Assembly (NCBI GenBank): GCA_023231475.1
Contig: JALJEE010002657.1
Location: forward strand, 1-38,015
DNA: 38,015 bases
From: Seison nebaliae
Lineage: Eukaryota
Direction: 5' to 3'
Positions 34,991 to 38,015 of this stretch are shown one piece after another; the stretch's first letter is position 1; every line of letters starts with the position of its first letter. Under the pieces are notes generated by a model, which saw only the letters and a program-made list of their open reading frames with translations, ran no database searches and was not told the DNA's origin. A program made the translations under genes and the position numbers.

Positions 34991-37050
34991 TTATGCTCGA
35001 ACGGAATGATTATACCGGGCTCTCAGAATTCTTAAACGCCGACACTCTACGACACAAAAACGACGGCACATGAGAATAGGAAGTGGTGCGATATTTACTG
35101 TTGCAAAGAGAAGGGAACAATTGCATCTATGAAAACAACAGATAGTCCTCCTAATCAGCCGATTATAGGCCCGATCGAGAGAGAGGAATGAACGATGTGA
35201 ACAGAGAAAAATCGTCTCCAAGGAATACATCGGTAGAACTAAACTCTTAAGAAGCGAAAGACGGATCTTCAACTGAAGGAATTTGGATTTAGGAGAAAAA
35301 GAGAAGAACGCTCTACAAAATTTATTTCGAATACGATCGAGAGCACACGATGAGAATGGCCGAATATCGAACAAAGAGCCGAGAAAGACGTATGAAGAAC
35401 TGAGAGGAATGTTAAAGAAAGAACGATTGCCAGTCGACAACAACCAACATTTGGATTCATTAATGGAAATACCTCTTTCAGCTAGAAGACGAGTAATGCG
35501 TAGATATGAAACTTTTAGTTTGCGAAGCGACCGATGGATGATAACGAAATCGTCGGCATATGGCATAACGTGAGGAAATGGAGAGTTTCCAATATCGATC
35601 AGATTGTTCTCATTTAGTTCACGGAGAACGCCATCGATAGCCAGTCCGAATAACCAGGGACCCAAGATAGTTCCTTGACGAACACCCGAGTTGATTTGGA
35701 ATGTGGAACTGAAGTTGTCACCATGCACTACACGTCCAGACGAGTTTTGAGAAAGATGAATGAGGAGCTTGATGACCGGTAATTGTACACCTTGACGCTG
35801 TAAGTGATCGAAAGCGAAGGAAACGTTGACGGAATCAAATGCCTTGGAAGCATCGAGGAAAAGTAGATGTAAGGACAATTTCTTGTCTCTCGCGATAGAA
35901 ATAGCTGAACGAAGAATCAGCAGGAGAGGATATGTTCCTCGACAGGAAGAGTGATAAGCAAATTGATATGATGACGAATACAGAGCATTTCGATAATGAA
36001 ATAGAATAAGATTCTCCAAAATTTTCAGTAGGAAAGAAGAGATACAAATCGGTCTGTAGGAACGTAAAGAAGATTGATCGATATTTGGATTCTTTAAGAT
36101 AGGAATTATTTTAAAGAGAAGAGAAATGGAACGGAAATTAAGATGAGAGAAAATCCAATTCACAAAATTGGTGAGGTCGATTACGAGTGAAGGAAGAAGA
36201 CGATCAACCAGTTTGATACAGATATTATCAAAAGCATGTGCCTTCGTTTCATCAAGCCCCAGAACGGATTCAGAAATTTCTTGAGGAAGAAAAAGATCGC
36301 AATGAGAGTTAAGATTGGAATAATCATAGTGATCGAATGAAGTGCGATACATATATGCGCCAAAATACTCAGCAAATGATTCAGCTGGAATAGAGGAGGA
36401 TTGAATTGAATTGGAAGAGCGGTTGCTGATTAGCTTCCAAATATTAGATGAATGAGAAGAAAGGCAAGCGGCTTTCAGTCTACAATGGAAATGATCACGG
36501 ACACACTCTCTCACGGCTCTACGAAAGACTTTCCGCGATTTTAGGAGAGACTCAAGATTGAAAGAGGAAGGATCGACACAAAACTTTTTCCAGCAATCTG
36601 TTGCTCGACGTTTAAGGTGGATTATAGATGAGAAATTGGAAACAGGAGGACGAGAAAAATGTTTTTGATGAGACATTACAGAAGATGAACAATGAGCAAT
36701 AAGGGAAAGCTGTTCAGGTACCGAGAAAGCGGTGTTCAGTAACGAAAAGAAGACATCAGACACGATTGCATCTTGTCGAATGGGAGAAAATTTGCAATAT
36801 TTTTTACAAATATTGACTGTTGTTTGGTGTTTATTCAGCGAAGGAAGATCTTTTGACACAGATTGGGATGAGATGGGAATGGTTAGAGCGATAGGAAGAT
36901 GATCTGACAAGGAAGATAAGAAAGAATCGTGAACAATTTCGTAGACAACTGCAGATGTACTTAGACTGTCATTAATGATGAAGTGATCAATCCAGGAACT
37001 GCTCGAATGGGATGTGAACGTTACGGAGTCATTCTTACATAATTTGTAGC
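34991..37050 (-). mobile_element. Non-LTR retrotransposon (LINE) ORF2: C-terminal part of APE endonuclease plus intact reverse transcriptase; 5' truncated
   Basis: Frame is open upstream of the called ORF and gives TFTSHSSSSWIDHFII...SDHLPI (APE motifs). RT motifs YRPICI, FLDASKAFDSV, GVRQGTILGPWLF, YADD (35549-35560), YVFLG. Confidence 0.93.
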
Positions 37051-37055
37051 TTCGA

Positions 37056-37727
37056 TTACGGAGAGGGATGAACAGAAACTCGAGTGATCGATCGAATGAT
37101 CGAATATTTCGATGTCAATGATCGTTGAATGAGAGTGAGTATATGGGGAAAGAATCCCGATGCCGAGAAGTTATCAATGACGCGGAAAATACGTCGACAA
37201 TATGTAATAGGAAATGGAAGAAACTCGGTGACCGAGAATGTCAGATTTCGATTGATTCTCCTGAAACAACCTAAGAGGCGACGGATGATGTTGTTGTACG
37301 TTCGGTCCATTCTGAGGAATGAGTTGTTGGAGACGAACAGTAGCGAGTCCAGTCCGTATAATGGAAGAACGAGTGAGGAGAAAACACGCAAACGAATAGT
37401 CAATGGAAGATATTTAGATCGTGACGAGAATGAGAAGGAGGCTCGAACTAATTTGTTCCGAATATGATCGAGTGAAGCTGATGCTATCATTTTGGAGTCT
37501 AGGAAGACACTGAGGAACGTATGAGTTTGTGCTGGAAGAGATGAAGTTAGAAATTTCCTCAGCGTTGAGGGAGTTGTGGAAAGGACGACAGTCTTCGTCG
37601 GATTGATTTTGATGGAAACTTCAGCCAGAAGAACCTGTGCTTTTTCACGAATTTGGTTGAGTTATCGAGGAGAAGTAGAAAAAATTACGATGTCGTTAGC
37701 ATATGCTACAATCGTCGTTTTGAGTCG
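37056..37727 (-). mobile_element. Second, diverged and inactivated LINE fragment (C-terminal RT/thumb region)
   Basis: One frame: IVAYANDIVIFSTSPR*LNQIREKAQVLLAEVSIKINPTK...HTFLSVFLD..SLDHIRNKLVRASFSFSSRSKYLPLTIRL. Collinear with the neighbouring LINE (PYADDFVII..LLAERGISINESK..ALDRIRNKFCRAFFSFSPKSKFLQLKIRL). YADD changed to YAND; stop at 37662-37664. Confidence 0.88.
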
Positions 37728-38015
37728 AAATATCATTAAGCGACCGTTCGTAATTGAGTTATAATTTTCGTCAATATTAGTATTTGAGTCGTAAATCACC
37801 AAATCGGATATTAACGGCGTTAATTGGCCATATTCATCTGTTTTCTCACATCTATGCCTTTGGCATTGTCTTGTCAAAGAAGATTTTGGCGGTAATTTCA
37901 ACTTGACATCAGTCGATAATGGACCCACGGAATTTATAATTATGTCTTCATTTCGAAGATTTGTTGTCTTCGCCGTTGTGCGAATCTTCTCTCTTAAATT
38001 CCTCAACTTTTCCTC
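37728..38015 (-). mobile_element. Mutator-like (MULE) transposase fragment, running in from beyond the window
   Basis: LREKIRTTAKTTNLRNEDII..LSTDVKLKLPPKSSLTRQCQRHR..LVIYDSN..GRLMIF resembles the helical segment and YDS..RILIF motif preceding the DDE domain in animal FLYWCH-type MULE transposases. Confidence 0.6.

Noticed and set aside
34795..35073. 92-aa plus-strand ORF at the LINE 3' boundary
   Set aside because: No recognisable motif; could be another TE remnant but cannot be supported.

Overview
AT-rich, gene-dense eukaryotic DNA from an invertebrate animal, with mostly 45-60 nt introns, so the six-frame ORFs are exon fragments. I rebuilt gene models by hand. In order: a transposon-terminus-like repeat array, a decayed ORF, an SWT1-like WW+PIN gene, synaptobrevin/VAMP, a MAPR/PGRMC-like gene, an SLC26 anion exchanger, an orphan secreted protein, two tandem fibrillar collagen genes (338 Gly-X-Y triplets each), a large LamG-like orphan, KLHDC4, PP5 with an intronic C/D snoRNA candidate, an SLC5 symporter, and a nest of LINE and Mutator-like fragments. 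Most striking: (1) VAMP carries three 80-nt, same-phase, mutually exclusive exons that swap the C-terminal half of the SNARE helix; (2) nearly all splice donors are GTT rather than GTA/GTG; (3) a vWC-like exon with its own stop and poly(A) signal sits in a collagen intron; (4) a U6-targeting SNORD94-like snoRNA; (5) PP5 and SLC5 coding ends overlap on opposite strands. Family calls come from motif recognition only; no searches were run and the species cannot be determined here.
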